Below, piece by piece: positions 43,470 to 57,308 of a stretch of 64,000 nt of DNA; within the stretch, counting starts at the first letter, position 1; the number at the start of each line of letters is the position of its first letter. Position numbers and translations under genes: made by a program. The notes under the pieces were generated by a model. The model was given only the letters and a program-made list of their open reading frames with translations. It searched no databases and was not told where the DNA came from. Origin of the DNA: Gemmatimonadota bacterium. Its GTDB lineage: Bacteria > Gemmatimonadota > Gemmatimonadetes > Gemmatimonadales > GWC2-71-9. The stretch spans positions 11,612 to 75,611 of the forward strand of contig JANNSD010000023.1 in assembly GCA_031402225.1 (NCBI GenBank), in the 5' to 3' direction.

Positions 43470-44674
43470 CCGGGCTGTGGCTTGCCCTCGCCCTGGCGGC
43501 CGGCGCCCCAAGCTCCATTACCATCGCGTCCGTCCGGGGTGAGCAGCGCGTGCCAGTCACCCTTGGCACCGACGGCATGCCACTGCTGCAGGCGCGCGCG
43601 CTGCTCGCGGCCCTCGGCGGCACGTTCAAGCAGGAGGGCGCCTGGCTCGATGTGTTCGTCGCCCGTCAGCAACTGCGCTTTCTCCTTGCCGCCCCGTTCG
43701 TCGTTTTCGATGGCAAGCCCCAGCCACTGGTCTCCGGTGCCCTCGTGCAGCGCGACACGGCGTATCTGCCCCTGCAGCTCGTGTCCGAGGTGCTGCCGCG
43801 CCTCTTTGCGGAGCGATACCGCTACGATGCCGACGCCGGTCGACTGATGGACGCGGGCTGGCAACTGGTCAAGGGTACCGGCGATGCCGCCGCGGCCCAG
43901 ACGCCCGCGCCCAGGCCGGCCACCAGCGGCACCGCCACGCCCGGTGGCACGCTCCGGCGCCAGCACGTAGTGACGGTGGATGCGGGGCACGGCGGGGTGG
44001 ACCCCGGGAACCCCGGTGTCTTCTTCCCGGCTGGCATGAAGGAGAAGGACGTCACGCTGCAGATGAGCCTGCTGCTGCGCGAGGAACTGCGCGCCCGGGG
44101 CGTCACCGTGCGCATGACCCGAACACGCGATACCCTCATCGCGCTGGGGGACCGTGGCGCCTATTGCACGGAGGAGTGCGACCTGTTTGTCAGCCTCCAC
44201 GTCAACTCGCTCCCCAGGCGCCGGGGCTACACCGAGGTGCGCGGGTACGAGACGTTCTTCCTGGCTGAGGCCAAGACGGAGGACGCCGAACGGGTCGCGA
44301 ACATGGAAAACGAGGCGGTTCGCTTCGAGCCTGAAACCGAGGCCACCGCGGAACGGCAGGGGCTCGATTTCATCCTCAAGGACCTCGCGACCAACGAGTA
44401 CCTGCGCGAGTCTGCCCGCCTCGCCGAATTGATCCAGGGCCAGCTCGGCAACGTGAATCCGGGTAACGATCGAGGCGTGAAGCAGGCGGGGTTCATGGTG
44501 CTCACCACCGCACGACGGCCGGCGGTGCTGGTGGAAATGGGGTACAGCACCAACCCGGCCGATGCGCGAATGCTCACCAGCAAGACAACGCAAAAGCGCA
44601 TGGCATCGGCCATCGCCGACGCCATCGTTGAATACCTGTCGGACTACGAACGGAAGCTGGGAGACGATTCGTGA
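43466..44674 (+). CDS. N-acetylmuramoyl-L-alanine amidase (Amidase_3, AmiC-like) with N-terminal targeting domain
   Basis: 402-aa ORF whose ATG overlaps the smpB stop (ATGA). Signal-like N-terminus. Catalytic domain VVTVDAGHGGVDPG, DLFVSLHVNS, and GFMVLTTARRPAVLVEMGYSTNP. Confidence 0.88.
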   Translation: MTGLWLALALAAGAPSSITIASVRGEQRVPVTLGTDGMPLLQARALLAALGGTFKQEGAWLDVFVARQQLRFLLAAPFVVFDGKPQPLVSGALVQRDTAYLPLQLVSEVLPRLFAERYRYDADAGRLMDAGWQLVKGTGDAAAAQTPAPRPATSGTATPGGTLRRQHVVTVDAGHGGVDPGNPGVFFPAGMKEKDVTLQMSLLLREELRARGVTVRMTRTRDTLIALGDRGAYCTEECDLFVSLHVNSLPRRRGYTEVRGYETFFLAEAKTEDAERVANMENEAVRFEPETEATAERQGLDFILKDLATNEYLRESARLAELIQGQLGNVNPGNDRGVKQAGFMVLTTARRPAVLVEMGYSTNPADARMLTSKTTQKRMASAIADAIVEYLSDYERKLGDDS

Positions 44675-46143
44675 GGCGCGCCCTGCTCGCGGCCGTCCTG
44701 CTGGTTCAGGGCTGTGCCTCATTTAACGCCAACTACAAGGCCAACAAGTACGCCAATGAGGCTCGCCGGCTCGACAGTGAGGGCCGGACGCTCGAGGCCG
44801 GCGGCTCCTGGGGCCGGGCATCGGTCAAGGCGGAGTCCCTGCTCGTCCACAGCCCCAATGGCAAGTACGCCCCCGGCGCGCTCGCCATTCGGGGTGAGGC
44901 CTATGCGGCGGTGGGTCAGTGTGGTCAGGCCACCCGCATTCTTCCTGAAGCGATCGACCGCTTGAAGGACGAGCCGAGCCGCGAGCGCGCCACGCTGGCG
45001 CTCGCGTCCTGCGAACTCCGGCTGGGCTCACCAGCCCTGGCCGCGACCACGGTCCTCCCCGTCACCGGGAGCAAGGACGCTTCCCGCCGGCGACAGGCGC
45101 TGCTGCTGCTCGGCTCCGCCGACCGGCAGGCGGGGCGCGATTCCTCCGCGCTCGTGGCCTTGTCCGGAATCCCCGGCACACCGGCGCTCGTGCAGCGCAC
45201 GCTGGCCCATGCCGGCCTGCACGACGAGGCGGCGGCGACCAGCGCCTTCGATTCGCTGGTGGCCCTTCGGGACTCGATGCTTCCCTGGGATTCGCTGCTG
45301 GCGATCAGCGGTCGCGCCGATCCCGAACTCGCGTTCCAGATGACGACCACGCTCGCGGACAGCAAGACCCTGTCGCTGGAGCGATCCGCGGCCCTGTCCT
45401 TTGCCGACGCGGCACGTCTGGCGACCGTGGATACCGCCCGGCAGCGGCAGCGATACGAGGACATCATTCGCCTGGTCGGGTCGGGCGGGCTGGCGGATCG
45501 CGCCCGGTTCGACTTGGCGCGAATGCGCATTCGTGCCGCCGACAGCATGCCGGACCTCGCGGCATCGCTCACCGAGATGCAGGCGCTTGCGGCGAGCGAC
45601 GGGTCGGTGGCGAGCACCCTGGTTCCGCTGCAAGGCCAGATCCAGCAACTGCAGCGCCTGATGGACTCGACGGCACCGGGCGAGCCGCGGGGTGACATGC
45701 GGCGCTTTCTGGCGGCGGAGTTTGCGCGCGACAGCCTCGATGCGCGCCAGCTGGCGGCGTCGATTTTCGCGAGTATCCCGCCGGGGTGGCCCGAGTCACC
45801 CTATGCCGCGAAGGCATGGCTCGCGGCGCGACAGCTGACGGGCGACACCACGAGTGCTGACGGCCAGTTCTCGTCCAGTGCGTACATGGCCGTGCTTCGG
45901 GGCGAAGACGCCGCCAGTTACGCCCAGCTTGAGGACTCACTCGCCACCTTTGCCCGCGCCCTGGCCAGCGCCTCCCGGCCGCAGCCCGCGCGCGGCGACG
46001 GGGCAAAGCGGGCCGATGGGACGATCATCGACGCCGACGATGCCGACGCGCCCGGCCGGCGCCGCCGGCAGCAGCAGCGATCCCGGTCCACGACGACCAC
46101 GCGGGGCACGACCGGTGCGCCGAGTACCGCACCGGTGCCGTAG
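44671..46143 (+). CDS. Putative lipoprotein, all-alpha/TPR-like, with basic low-complexity tail
   Basis: 490-aa ORF whose GTG overlaps the amidase stop (GTGA). Signal plus lipobox MRRALLAAVLLVQGC. Ala/Leu/Arg-rich helical repeats and the C-terminal PGRRRRQQQRSRSTTTTRGTTG. No family recognised. Confidence 0.55.
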   Translation: MRRALLAAVLLVQGCASFNANYKANKYANEARRLDSEGRTLEAGGSWGRASVKAESLLVHSPNGKYAPGALAIRGEAYAAVGQCGQATRILPEAIDRLKDEPSRERATLALASCELRLGSPALAATTVLPVTGSKDASRRRQALLLLGSADRQAGRDSSALVALSGIPGTPALVQRTLAHAGLHDEAAATSAFDSLVALRDSMLPWDSLLAISGRADPELAFQMTTTLADSKTLSLERSAALSFADAARLATVDTARQRQRYEDIIRLVGSGGLADRARFDLARMRIRAADSMPDLAASLTEMQALAASDGSVASTLVPLQGQIQQLQRLMDSTAPGEPRGDMRRFLAAEFARDSLDARQLAASIFASIPPGWPESPYAAKAWLAARQLTGDTTSADGQFSSSAYMAVLRGEDAASYAQLEDSLATFARALASASRPQPARGDGAKRADGTIIDADDADAPGRRRRQQQRSRSTTTTRGTTGAPSTAPVP

Positions 46144-47009
46144 TGTCGCCTGCACGCGAGGTTTTCGGCGTACGGTTTCAGAACCCGATCCTCCTGGCCG
46201 CCGGCACCGCTGGCTACGGTCGCGAACTCGCCGGGGTCATGGACCTGCGCCGCCTGGGAGGGATCGTCAGCAAGGCGGTATCGCTCGCCCCCCGCGTCGG
46301 CAATGCTCCGCCCAGGGTGGCAGAGTATCGTGGTGGCATGCTGAACTCGGTCGGGTTGGCGAATCCCGGCCTGGCCGCGGTGCGCGATGAGCACCTTCCC
46401 TGGCTGGTGGCCAACGCAGGCCCGGCCCGCATCATCGTCAACGTGGTCGGTTTTGAGACTGACGAGTACGCAGCGGTCATCGGGGGACTCGAGGCCGTGG
46501 GTGGTATTACGGCCTATGAACTCAACCTTTCATGTCCCAACACCAGTGCCGGTGGCATCGAGTTCGGTGCGGACCCGCACTGCGTGCGCCGGATCCTCGA
46601 AGGGTGCCGCGCGCGCACCCGTCGGCCGCTGATCGCCAAGTTGTCTCCCGTGCTCCCCGATATCGGGGGCATGGCCGTCGTGGCGCGCGATGCCGGTGCC
46701 GACGGGATCTCGGTCGTCAATACGGTGCCCGGCAGCCTTACCCACGACAACGGGCGCCCGCGGCTGGGCCACGGCGCCGGAGGGGTGAGCGGCCCCGCAC
46801 TGCTGGCCATCGGCGTCCGCGCCGTGAGTCGCGTGCTCGAGTGCACCGGTGGCATGCCGGTCGTGGGAGTCGGTGGGGTCTCCACGGCAGCGGATGCCCG
46901 GCAGTATCTCCGGGCGGGGGCGACACTTGTGGCCATCGGCACCGCCGGGCTCGCGGACCCCCGCGTGCCCGAGCGGGTCATTGCGCAGCTGGAGCGTGCC
47001 GGTGCCTGA
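46143..47009 (+). CDS. pyrD: Dihydroorotate dehydrogenase, class 1 catalytic subunit
   Basis: 288-aa ORF (GTG start): FQNPILLAAGT, MLNSVGLANPG, and ELNLSCPNT (Cys active-site base of class 1 enzymes). Confidence 0.88.
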   Translation: MSPAREVFGVRFQNPILLAAGTAGYGRELAGVMDLRRLGGIVSKAVSLAPRVGNAPPRVAEYRGGMLNSVGLANPGLAAVRDEHLPWLVANAGPARIIVNVVGFETDEYAAVIGGLEAVGGITAYELNLSCPNTSAGGIEFGADPHCVRRILEGCRARTRRPLIAKLSPVLPDIGGMAVVARDAGADGISVVNTVPGSLTHDNGRPRLGHGAGGVSGPALLAIGVRAVSRVLECTGGMPVVGVGGVSTAADARQYLRAGATLVAIGTAGLADPRVPERVIAQLERAGA

Positions 47010-47688
47010 AGTCATCGTTGCCCTCGATCTGCCCGATGCCGACGCCGCGCGGCGGCTCCTTGATCGCTTGCCGGCAGCCCGATGGGTGAAGGTTGGCTCG
47101 GTGCTGTTCACCGCGGCGGGTCCGGGTCTGGTGACGGAGTGCCGCGCCCGCGGGCTGGAGGTGTTCCTCGACCTCAAGTGGCATGATATCCCCAACACCG
47201 TGGCCGGGGCGGTGCGCGCTGCCAGGGATCTGCAAGTGTCCATGGCTACGGTACATACGCTCGGTGGTGCAGCGATGATGGCGGCGGCCTCCGAGGCCGC
47301 GGATGGCGCCATGCGCCTGGTTGGTGTCACGGTGCTCACCTCCCACGATGCGGGCTCATTCGCCGACGCCGTGGGACGAGGGTCGGTGGCACTGGACGAG
47401 GAGGTGACCCGGCTGGCTGGGGCGGCGGTCCGGGCTGGGCTCGCGGGGGTGGTCTGCTCACCGCACGAGGTGCGTGAGGTGGCCGCGCTCCTTGGCCCAG
47501 GCCGGTCCATCGTGGTGCCAGGCATCAGGCGCCCGGGTGACGCGGTGGGCGATCAGGCGCGGGCCGCCACCCCTGAGTCGGCGGCGCGAGCCGGTGCGAC
47601 GCATCTGGTGGTGGGTCGCCCCATCCTCCAGGCACCGGATCCGGCCGGGGTGCTGGCAGAGATAACGGCGGCTGCAGCGGCAGGCTAA
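46996..47688 (+). CDS. pyrF: Orotidine-5'-phosphate decarboxylase
   Basis: GTG 46996 (or 47002) within ORF 46849..47688, overlapping the pyrD stop. [35 protein letters not shown]. Confidence 0.88.
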   Translation: MPVPEVIVALDLPDADAARRLLDRLPAARWVKVGSVLFTAAGPGLVTECRARGLEVFLDLKWHDIPNTVAGAVRAARDLQVSMATVHTLGGAAMMAAASEAADGAMRLVGVTVLTSHDAGSFADAVGRGSVALDEEVTRLAGAAVRAGLAGVVCSPHEVREVAALLGPGRSIVVPGIRRPGDAVGDQARAATPESAARAGATHLVVGRPILQAPDPAGVLAEITAAAAAG

Positions 47689-47765
47689 CCCGTTCCCTTG
47701 CGTCGGGATGCGACGGGTGCTACTTTGCAAAGCTGCGGTCTAAACTGGCCTTTGGGAGATTGATC

Positions 47766-47882
47766 GTGAAGGTTCGTTCGAGTGTCAAACCGATCTGCGA
47801 GTTCTGCAAGGTCGTGAAGCGGCAAGGCGTGACGCGGATCATCTGCAAGCGCAATCCCAAGCACAAGCAGCGGCAAGGCTGA
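47766..47882 (+). CDS. rpmJ: 50S ribosomal protein L36 (zinc-ribbon form)
   Basis: Too short for the ORF track. My translation from GTG 47766 gives [38 protein letters not shown], stopping at 47880-47882. SD GGGAGA lies upstream. Confidence 0.9.
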   Translation: MKVRSSVKPICEFCKVVKRQGVTRIICKRNPKHKQRQG

Positions 47883-47884
47883 TC

Positions 47885-48265
47885 ATGGCACGTATTGCTG
47901 GCGTCGATCTTCCGCGCGAAAAGCGCGTCGAAATCGCTCTGACGTACATCTTCGGCATTGGCCGCGCAACGAGCACCAAGCTCCTGGCCGAGACGGGCGT
48001 CAGCCCGGACACGCGGGTGCGCGACCTGACCGATGCGGATGTCGCGCGTTTGCGGCAGATGATCGAGCGCTCGGTGAAGGTGGAGGGCGCGCTTCGCACC
48101 GAAACGGCCATGAACATCAAGCGATTGATGGACATCGGCAGCTATCGCGGTGTCCGGCATCGCCGTGGGCTTCCCCTTCGTGGGCAGCGCACTCATACCA
48201 ATGCGCGGACCAAGAAGGGCCGTCGTGTTGCCATTGCGGGCAAGAAGAAGGCGACGAAGAAGTAA
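47885..48265 (+). CDS. rpsM: 30S ribosomal protein S13
   Basis: 126-aa ORF: [26 protein letters not shown]..., [18 protein letters not shown]. Confidence 0.95.
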   Translation: MARIAGVDLPREKRVEIALTYIFGIGRATSTKLLAETGVSPDTRVRDLTDADVARLRQMIERSVKVEGALRTETAMNIKRLMDIGSYRGVRHRRGLPLRGQRTHTNARTKKGRRVAIAGKKKATKK

Positions 48266-48268
48266 TCC

Positions 48269-48712
48269 ATGACCATACCGACACCGCCGATCGATCAGGA
48301 ACCGGAAGCTGCCGCCCCTGCCGCCACCCCCAAGGCGTCGGGAGCCAAGCGCTCCAAGAAGGCCGTGGAGTCCGAGGGTATCGCGCACATCTCTGCGACC
48401 TTCAACAACGTGCTCATCACCCTCACGGACATGCGTGGCAACACGCTGGCGTGGGGCACCGCGGGCAAGGCCGGGTTCAAGGGCTCCAAGAAGTCCACCC
48501 CGTTCGCCGCCACCGTGGCCGCCGAGAACTGCGCGCGCGAGGCCATGAACATGGGCCTGCGCCGGGTGCATGTGCGGGTGCAGGGTCCCGGGAGTGGACG
48601 TGAGTCGGCCATTCAGGCGCTCGCGTCGGTCGGACTTCGGGTCGTATCCATCCGCGATGTCACGCCGATTCCGCACAACGGCTGTCGTCCCCCCAAGAAG
48701 CGTCGGGTCTGA
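48269..48712 (+). CDS. rpsK: 30S ribosomal protein S11
   Basis: 147-aa ORF: [30 protein letters not shown], and [16 protein letters not shown]. It has an N-terminal Ala/Pro-rich extension. Confidence 0.95.
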   Translation: MTIPTPPIDQEPEAAAPAATPKASGAKRSKKAVESEGIAHISATFNNVLITLTDMRGNTLAWGTAGKAGFKGSKKSTPFAATVAAENCAREAMNMGLRRVHVRVQGPGSGRESAIQALASVGLRVVSIRDVTPIPHNGCRPPKKRRV

Positions 48713-48715
48713 GCC

Positions 48716-49354
48716 ATGTCACGGTATACTGGAGCAAGCTGCAAGCTGTGCCGCCGCGAGGGAACCAAGCTGTTCCTCAAGGGCGCCAAGTGCCTCACCG
48801 AGAAGTGCCCGGTCGAGCGCCGCGCCTATCCGCCGGGCCAGCATGGTCAGCAGACGCAGGGTCGCGGTCGCAAGACGTCCGAGTATGCCAAGCAGCTGCG
48901 TGAGAAGCAGAAGGTGAAGCGGATCTACGGCCTGTCCGAGAGCCAGTTCCGCAACCTTTTCGATGGCGTGAGCCGCGAAGCTGGCGTGAAGGGCACCAAC
49001 CTGCTCATCGCGCTCGAAACACGACTCGACAACATCGTGTACCGACTGGGGTTTGCCTCCAGCCGCAAGGCCGCGCGCCAGCTTATTGGCCACGGCCACG
49101 TGGAAGTGAACGGGAAGCGGGTCGACATCCCGTCGTTCCATGTCATCCCCGGGCAGGAAGTCCGCGTCGCCCCGTCGAGCCGCGAACTGGTGTCGGTCCA
49201 CCTGGCGCAGGAATACGCCTCGCGTGGCCAGCCGGTCTCCTGGCTCAACATCGACACCGAGAAGGCCTCGGGCCGTCTCCTCGAGCGGCCAACGCGCGAG
49301 GCGATCCCGATCAACGCGCAGGAACAGCTGATCGTCGAGCTGTACTCCAAGTGA
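48716..49354 (+). CDS. rpsD: 30S ribosomal protein S4
   Basis: 212-aa ORF: MSRYTGASCKLCRREGTKLFLKGAKC..., and YGLSESQFRN, with an S4 RNA-binding domain. Confidence 0.95.
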   Translation: MSRYTGASCKLCRREGTKLFLKGAKCLTEKCPVERRAYPPGQHGQQTQGRGRKTSEYAKQLREKQKVKRIYGLSESQFRNLFDGVSREAGVKGTNLLIALETRLDNIVYRLGFASSRKAARQLIGHGHVEVNGKRVDIPSFHVIPGQEVRVAPSSRELVSVHLAQEYASRGQPVSWLNIDTEKASGRLLERPTREAIPINAQEQLIVELYSK

Positions 49355-49356
49355 CC

Positions 49357-50400
49357 ATGAGCATCGATCTTACGGGTCTGGTCCGTCCGCACCTCGTCGA
49401 AATGACGAAGCGCGAAGACAATCCCAACGTCGCCGAGTTCCGCCTGCAGCCGCTCGAGCGCGGCTTCGGGTACACCCTCGGTAACTCCCTCCGCCGCCTG
49501 CTCCTGAGTTCGCTGCGGGGCAGCGCCGTCTGGGCGTTCCGTCTCGATGGCGTGGTGCACGAGCACCAGACGGTGCTCGGCGTGCTTGAGGACGTGCACC
49601 AGATCATCCAACGCCTGAAGGCACTGACCCTCGTCCTCGATCCCGAGGTTGACGAGGCGGTGCTGCACATCAAGCGTACGGGGGCCGGCCCGGTCTACGC
49701 CCGCGACATTCAGCCCCATGGTTCGGTGCGCGTCATCAACCCGGACCACCTCCTGTTCACGCTGCAGGATGATCGCGACGTGAACGCCGAGCTGTATGTG
49801 GGCAAGGGCCGTGGCTACGTCGAGTCCGAAATGCACCCGGTCGACCGCTCGATGCCGGTCGACGTGGTGCGGATCGACGCGATCTACAACCCGGTGCGGC
49901 GGGCCAACTTCATGGTGGCCGAGACCCGCGTTGGCCAGCGCACGGACTACGACCGGCTGACCGTCACCGTCGAGACGAACGGCACCATTTCGCCCGAGGA
50001 CGCGCTGGCGTATTCAGCCGCCCTCGCGCAGCAGCACTTCCAGTACTTCGTCGATTTCGGCAAGGTGCCGGCCGCGCGCGAGCCGGTCGCCGAGGGGTCG
50101 GTGGCCAGCCAGAGCCTGAAGAATCTCCTGGGCCGGCTCATCGACGACTTCGGTCTCTCGGTGCGATCGCTCAACTCGCTCAAGAATTCGAACATTCGCA
50201 CCCTCCGCGACCTGGTGGCGTTCAGCGAAGATGAGCTGCTCAAGGTGAAGAACGTGGGCGAGAAGGCGCTCGCCGAGATTCGCGAGCTGCTCGAGCGCGA
50301 GGGCCTGACGTTCTCGCTCCAGTTCGATGACATCGAGGGTGAGCTGCGTGTCCGCAGCAAGTCCGAAGTGGTGGCCGCGACGGCCGGAGAGGGGGCGTAA
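49357..50400 (+). CDS. rpoA: DNA-directed RNA polymerase alpha subunit
   Basis: ATG 49357 (the track ORF starts at GTG 49351). [25 protein letters not shown], and the C-terminal domain [21 protein letters not shown]. Confidence 0.95.
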   Translation: MSIDLTGLVRPHLVEMTKREDNPNVAEFRLQPLERGFGYTLGNSLRRLLLSSLRGSAVWAFRLDGVVHEHQTVLGVLEDVHQIIQRLKALTLVLDPEVDEAVLHIKRTGAGPVYARDIQPHGSVRVINPDHLLFTLQDDRDVNAELYVGKGRGYVESEMHPVDRSMPVDVVRIDAIYNPVRRANFMVAETRVGQRTDYDRLTVTVETNGTISPEDALAYSAALAQQHFQYFVDFGKVPAAREPVAEGSVASQSLKNLLGRLIDDFGLSVRSLNSLKNSNIRTLRDLVAFSEDELLKVKNVGEKALAEIRELLEREGLTFSLQFDDIEGELRVRSKSEVVAATAGEGA

Positions 50401-50756
50401 TGCGGCATCGCGCAAAAGGACGCCAGCTCTCCAGGACCGCCGAGCACCGCAAGGCGCTCCTGCGGAACATGGCGACCAGCCTGTTTACCCACGAACAGAT
50501 CGTCACGACCGAGGCGAAGGCCAAGGAGCTTCGGCCGTACGCCGAGCGGCTCATTACCCTGGCGCGCCGCGGTGACCTGCACGCGCGTCGCCAGGCCGAG
50601 CAGAAGCTGCGCGATCGCGAGTCGCTTGGCCGCCTGTTTTCCGAAATCGGCCCGCGCTTTGCCAGCCGTCCCGGCGGCTATACCCGCATCCTGAAGCTGG
50701 GGCATCGCCCCGGGGACGGTGCCGATCTGGCGCGGATCGAGTTGCTGGCCGAGTGA
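50400..50756 (+). CDS. rplQ: 50S ribosomal protein L17
   Basis: 118-aa ORF: [37 protein letters not shown]. Confidence 0.95.
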   Translation: MRHRAKGRQLSRTAEHRKALLRNMATSLFTHEQIVTTEAKAKELRPYAERLITLARRGDLHARRQAEQKLRDRESLGRLFSEIGPRFASRPGGYTRILKLGHRPGDGADLARIELLAE

Positions 50757-50789
50757 TGGCGCTCGTTGCGGCAGTGCTGGAAATGCAAA

Positions 50790-50815
50790 GGGGGACCCGA
50801 GGGTCCCCCTTTTTT
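50790..50815. terminator. Bidirectional rho-independent terminator between rplQ and rpmB
   Basis: AAA-GGGGGACCC-GA-GGGTCCCCC-TTTTTT. A GC stem with an A-tract on one side and a T-tract on the other serves both convergent genes. Confidence 0.7.
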
Positions 50816-50829
50816 CAGCCCCGCCGGGT

Positions 50830-51021
50830 CTATGATGCCTTCTTGACGCGATTACTCTTGAGGCACCGCGTGCAGACCCGCACCCGGCGCGGGGCGCCCT
50901 CGACCATGACCCGCACCGTCTGCAGGTTGGGATACCACCGACGCTTCGTCTTGTTCTTGGCGTGGCTGACATTGTTGCCAGTCACCGGACCCTTGGTGCA
51001 AACCGTGCAGACGCGAGCCAT
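50830..51021 (-). CDS. rpmB: 50S ribosomal protein L28 (CxxC...CxxC form)
   Basis: Last 63 codons of track ORF 50830..51582, from ATG 51021: [34 protein letters not shown]...CTRCLK. Confidence 0.9.
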   Translation of the reverse strand: MARVCTVCTKGPVTGNNVSHAKNKTKRRWYPNLQTVRVMVEGAPRRVRVCTRCLKSNRVKKAS

Positions 51022-51105
51022 CGGATACCCCTCAAACGTATTGGTCAATAGTCGGAAAGCCTTGAAACCTAGCAGCCTGCATGTAGCGCGACAAGAGGCC
51101 CGCTG

Positions 51106-52056
51106 ATGCGCGTTCTCGTGACCGGGGCTGGTGGGTTTGTGGGTGCCGCCCTGTGCCGGGAGCTGCTGGACCAGGGGCACCAGGTCGTTGGGGCCCTCCG
51201 GACGGCTGAGGTCCTCAGCCACGCGCAGCGGACGAGCCTCGCCGCCGTCCAGTGGATCGGCTTCGAGCTCGGGTCCACCGTGTCCATTGAAGCGGCGCTG
51301 GATCGCGGTCCCGATGCCGTGGTGCACCTGGCCGCGGTCGCGTCGGGCGCGGAGGCGCGGCGGGACCCCCTTACTGCCTGGGCCACCAATGCGATGGGCA
51401 CCTGCGCGCTGGTTTATGAGATCGAGCGTCTCCGTCCTGGCATCCGGGTCGTATTCGCATCCACGGGAGAGGTGTACGGTCGCGGGTATAGCCGCCCGAT
51501 CAGCGAAAGCGACCCCGCCGCGCCCTGCTCGCCCTACGCCGCATCCAAGCGGGCCGCGGAGCTGGCATTGGAGGAATCGCATCGCCGCTCCGGCTTCAAC
51601 GGTGTAATAGCGCGCTGCTTCCAGCAGACGGGGCCGGGCCAGCGGGATGCCTTCGTGGTTCCGGCGCTGGCACAGCGGGTGCTCGCGGCCCGGCGGTCGG
51701 GGGTTCGAACCATTCCGGCCGGCAACCTGACGCCGGTACGGGAACTGACGGATGTGCGCGACGTGGCACGCGCCCTGACGCTGCTGCTCAGCCGGGGCGA
51801 GCCCGGCGAGATCTACAACGTTGCCAGTGGCCGCGGCGTGTCGCTGCAGGAGCTGCTCAGGCGCATCGCGCGTGCGGCCGGGTGGGAGGTCGACTCCGTG
51901 GTCGACCCGGCGCTGTTCCGGCCGGCAGACCTCGAGTACCTGGTCGGCGATGGCAGTCGCCTGGCTGCGCTCGGCTGGACGCCGCGCTTTGAACTGGACC
52001 AGACCCTGGCTGACCTCGTGGAGGCCCTCGACAAGGGCGCGGAGGGGGGACGATGA
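51106..52056 (+). CDS. NAD-dependent epimerase/dehydratase, GDP-4-keto-6-deoxy-D-mannose reductase (Rmd)-like
   Basis: 316-aa ORF: [23 protein letters not shown] (Y-x3-K), [24 protein letters not shown]. The 4-nt overlap with gmd supports a GDP-sugar substrate. Calling it Rmd specifically is an inference. Confidence 0.7.
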   Translation: MRVLVTGAGGFVGAALCRELLDQGHQVVGALRTAEVLSHAQRTSLAAVQWIGFELGSTVSIEAALDRGPDAVVHLAAVASGAEARRDPLTAWATNAMGTCALVYEIERLRPGIRVVFASTGEVYGRGYSRPISESDPAAPCSPYAASKRAAELALEESHRRSGFNGVIARCFQQTGPGQRDAFVVPALAQRVLAARRSGVRTIPAGNLTPVRELTDVRDVARALTLLLSRGEPGEIYNVASGRGVSLQELLRRIARAAGWEVDSVVDPALFRPADLEYLVGDGSRLAALGWTPRFELDQTLADLVEALDKGAEGGR

Positions 52057-53105
52057 CGGAGCGCGTGGCGCTGATCACCGGTGTAACCGGACAGGACGGG
52101 GCCCTGCTGGCCGAGCTCCTGCTGCGCAAGGGATACACGGTGCACGGGGTCAAGCGCCGGTCCTCACTCTTCAATACGCAGCGCGTCGATCACTTGTACG
52201 TGGACCCGCACATTGGGGGGCGGAACTTCACGCTGCACTTCGGGGACCTCACCGATTCCACCAACCTGATCCGGATCATCCAGGAGACCCAGCCCACCGA
52301 GATCTACAACCTCGCCGCCCAGAGTCATGTGCATGTGTCGTTCGAGACGCCGGAGTACACGGCGAACGCCGATGCACTCGGGACGCTACGCCTGCTGGAA
52401 GCTGTTCGCATCCTGGGCCTGCGCGACCGCACGCGCTTCTATCAGGCATCGACCAGCGAGATGTTCGGCCTGGTGCAGGAGACGCCCCAGACCGAGCGGA
52501 CGCCATTCTATCCGCGGAGCCCGTACGGCGTGGCCAAGCTGTACGCGCACTGGATCACGGTGAACTATCGCGAGGCGTACGGCCTGTTTGCGTGCTCCGG
52601 TATCCTCTTCAATCATGAGTCGCCGACGCGCGGTGAGACCTTTGTCACCCGGAAGATCGCGCGGGCGGCCGCACGCATCGCCGCTGGCAGCGAATCGGCG
52701 CTGTTTCTGGGCAACCTGAACGCGCAGCGCGACTGGGGCTATGCCGGGGACTATGTCGAGGCGATGTGGCGGATGCTGCAGCACACCTCTCCCGAGGACT
52801 TCGTCATCGCGACCGGGGAGACGCACTCCGTGCGCGAGTTTGCCGAGCGCGCCTTTGGACACGTCGGCATCGAGCTCGAGTGGGGAGGGGACGGTGTGGA
52901 GGAGGTGGGACGCGACCGCCGTACCGGAGCCGTACTCATCCGGGTTGACCCGCGCTACTTCCGTCCTACGGAGGTCGAGCAGCTGCTGGGCGACGCAACC
53001 CGCGCCCGCACTGAGCTCGGATGGAAGCCCACCGTGGACTTCGGGCAGCTGGTGCGGATGATGGTCGATGCCGAGGTGGTGGCGGTTCGGGGGCCGAAGG
53101 GATGA
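52053..53105 (+). CDS. gmd: GDP-mannose 4,6-dehydratase
   Basis: 350-aa ORF: [80 protein letters not shown]. Confidence 0.93.
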   Translation: MTERVALITGVTGQDGALLAELLLRKGYTVHGVKRRSSLFNTQRVDHLYVDPHIGGRNFTLHFGDLTDSTNLIRIIQETQPTEIYNLAAQSHVHVSFETPEYTANADALGTLRLLEAVRILGLRDRTRFYQASTSEMFGLVQETPQTERTPFYPRSPYGVAKLYAHWITVNYREAYGLFACSGILFNHESPTRGETFVTRKIARAAARIAAGSESALFLGNLNAQRDWGYAGDYVEAMWRMLQHTSPEDFVIATGETHSVREFAERAFGHVGIELEWGGDGVEEVGRDRRTGAVLIRVDPRYFRPTEVEQLLGDATRARTELGWKPTVDFGQLVRMMVDAEVVAVRGPKG

Positions 53106-54041
53106 TGCCGGCGGGGGCACGCATCTATGTGGCGGGCCACCGGGGCATGGTGGGCAGCGCGCTTGTCCGGGCACTCGCGCTACGAGGCCACGACTCGGTC
53201 ATCGTCGCTTCCCGGCAGGAGCTCGACCTGACCGATGCGGGTGCCGTGGACCGGTATTTCCGCGCGACCAGGCCCGAGTTCGTGTTCCTCGCCGCGGCGA
53301 AGGTCGGCGGGATCCTCGCGAACATGGAGTCGCCGGTCGACTTCCTGGACGTCAACCTTCGCATTGCCCTGCACGTGCTGTCCGCCTCGCACCGGCACGG
53401 GGTACGCAAGCTGCTCAACCTGGGCAGCTCCTGTATCTACCCGCGCCTCGCGCCCCAGCCGCTGCAGGAGGCGTCACTGCTGACCGGCCTGCTCGAGCCG
53501 ACGAACGAGCCCTACGCCATCGCGAAGATTGCGGCGATCAAGCTCTGCGATGCCTACCGGTCGCAATACGGGTCGGACTTCATCTCGGCGATGCCGTGCA
53601 ACCTGTACGGCCCGAACGACAACTTCGACCTGCATACGTCGCATGTGCTGCCGGCACTCATCCGGAAATGCCATGAAGCGCGCCTGGCAGGCGACGACGA
53701 GGTCGTCCTGTGGGGCAGCGGGGAGCCGCGCCGCGAGTTTCTCCACGTCGATGATCTCGCAGACGCCGCCTGTTTCCTCATGGACAACGTGAGCCAGCCC
53801 GGCTTCCTCAATGTCGGCTCCGGGACGGACGTGTCGATTCATGAACTGGCCGGTATCGTGGCCGGGGCGACCGGCTACCAGGGGCGCTTCACCTATGACG
53901 CCGGGAAGCCCGATGGGACACCCCGCAAGGTGATGGATGTGTCGAAGCTCGCGGCGCTGGGCTGGCGCGCGCGTGTGCCCCTTGAAGCAGGGATCAGGTC
54001 AACCTATGAGTGGTACGTCGAGCATGTCGAGCGGGGGGTGA

Positions 54042-54058
<17 letters not shown>
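53102..54058 (+). CDS. fcl: GDP-L-fucose synthase (GDP-4-keto-6-deoxymannose 3,5-epimerase/4-reductase)
   Basis: ATG 53102 (ATGA overlap with gmd) within ORF 53021..54058. [58 protein letters not shown], and [16 protein letters not shown]. Confidence 0.9.

Positions 54059-57295
<3,237 letters not shown>

Positions 57296-57308
<13 letters not shown>

Noticed and set aside
47698-47726. A TTGCGT-N17-TACTTT element as the promoter of the rpmJ-rplQ operon.
   Set aside because: Only a 3/6 match at the -10 hexamer. It is mentioned in a finding but is too weak to annotate as a feature.
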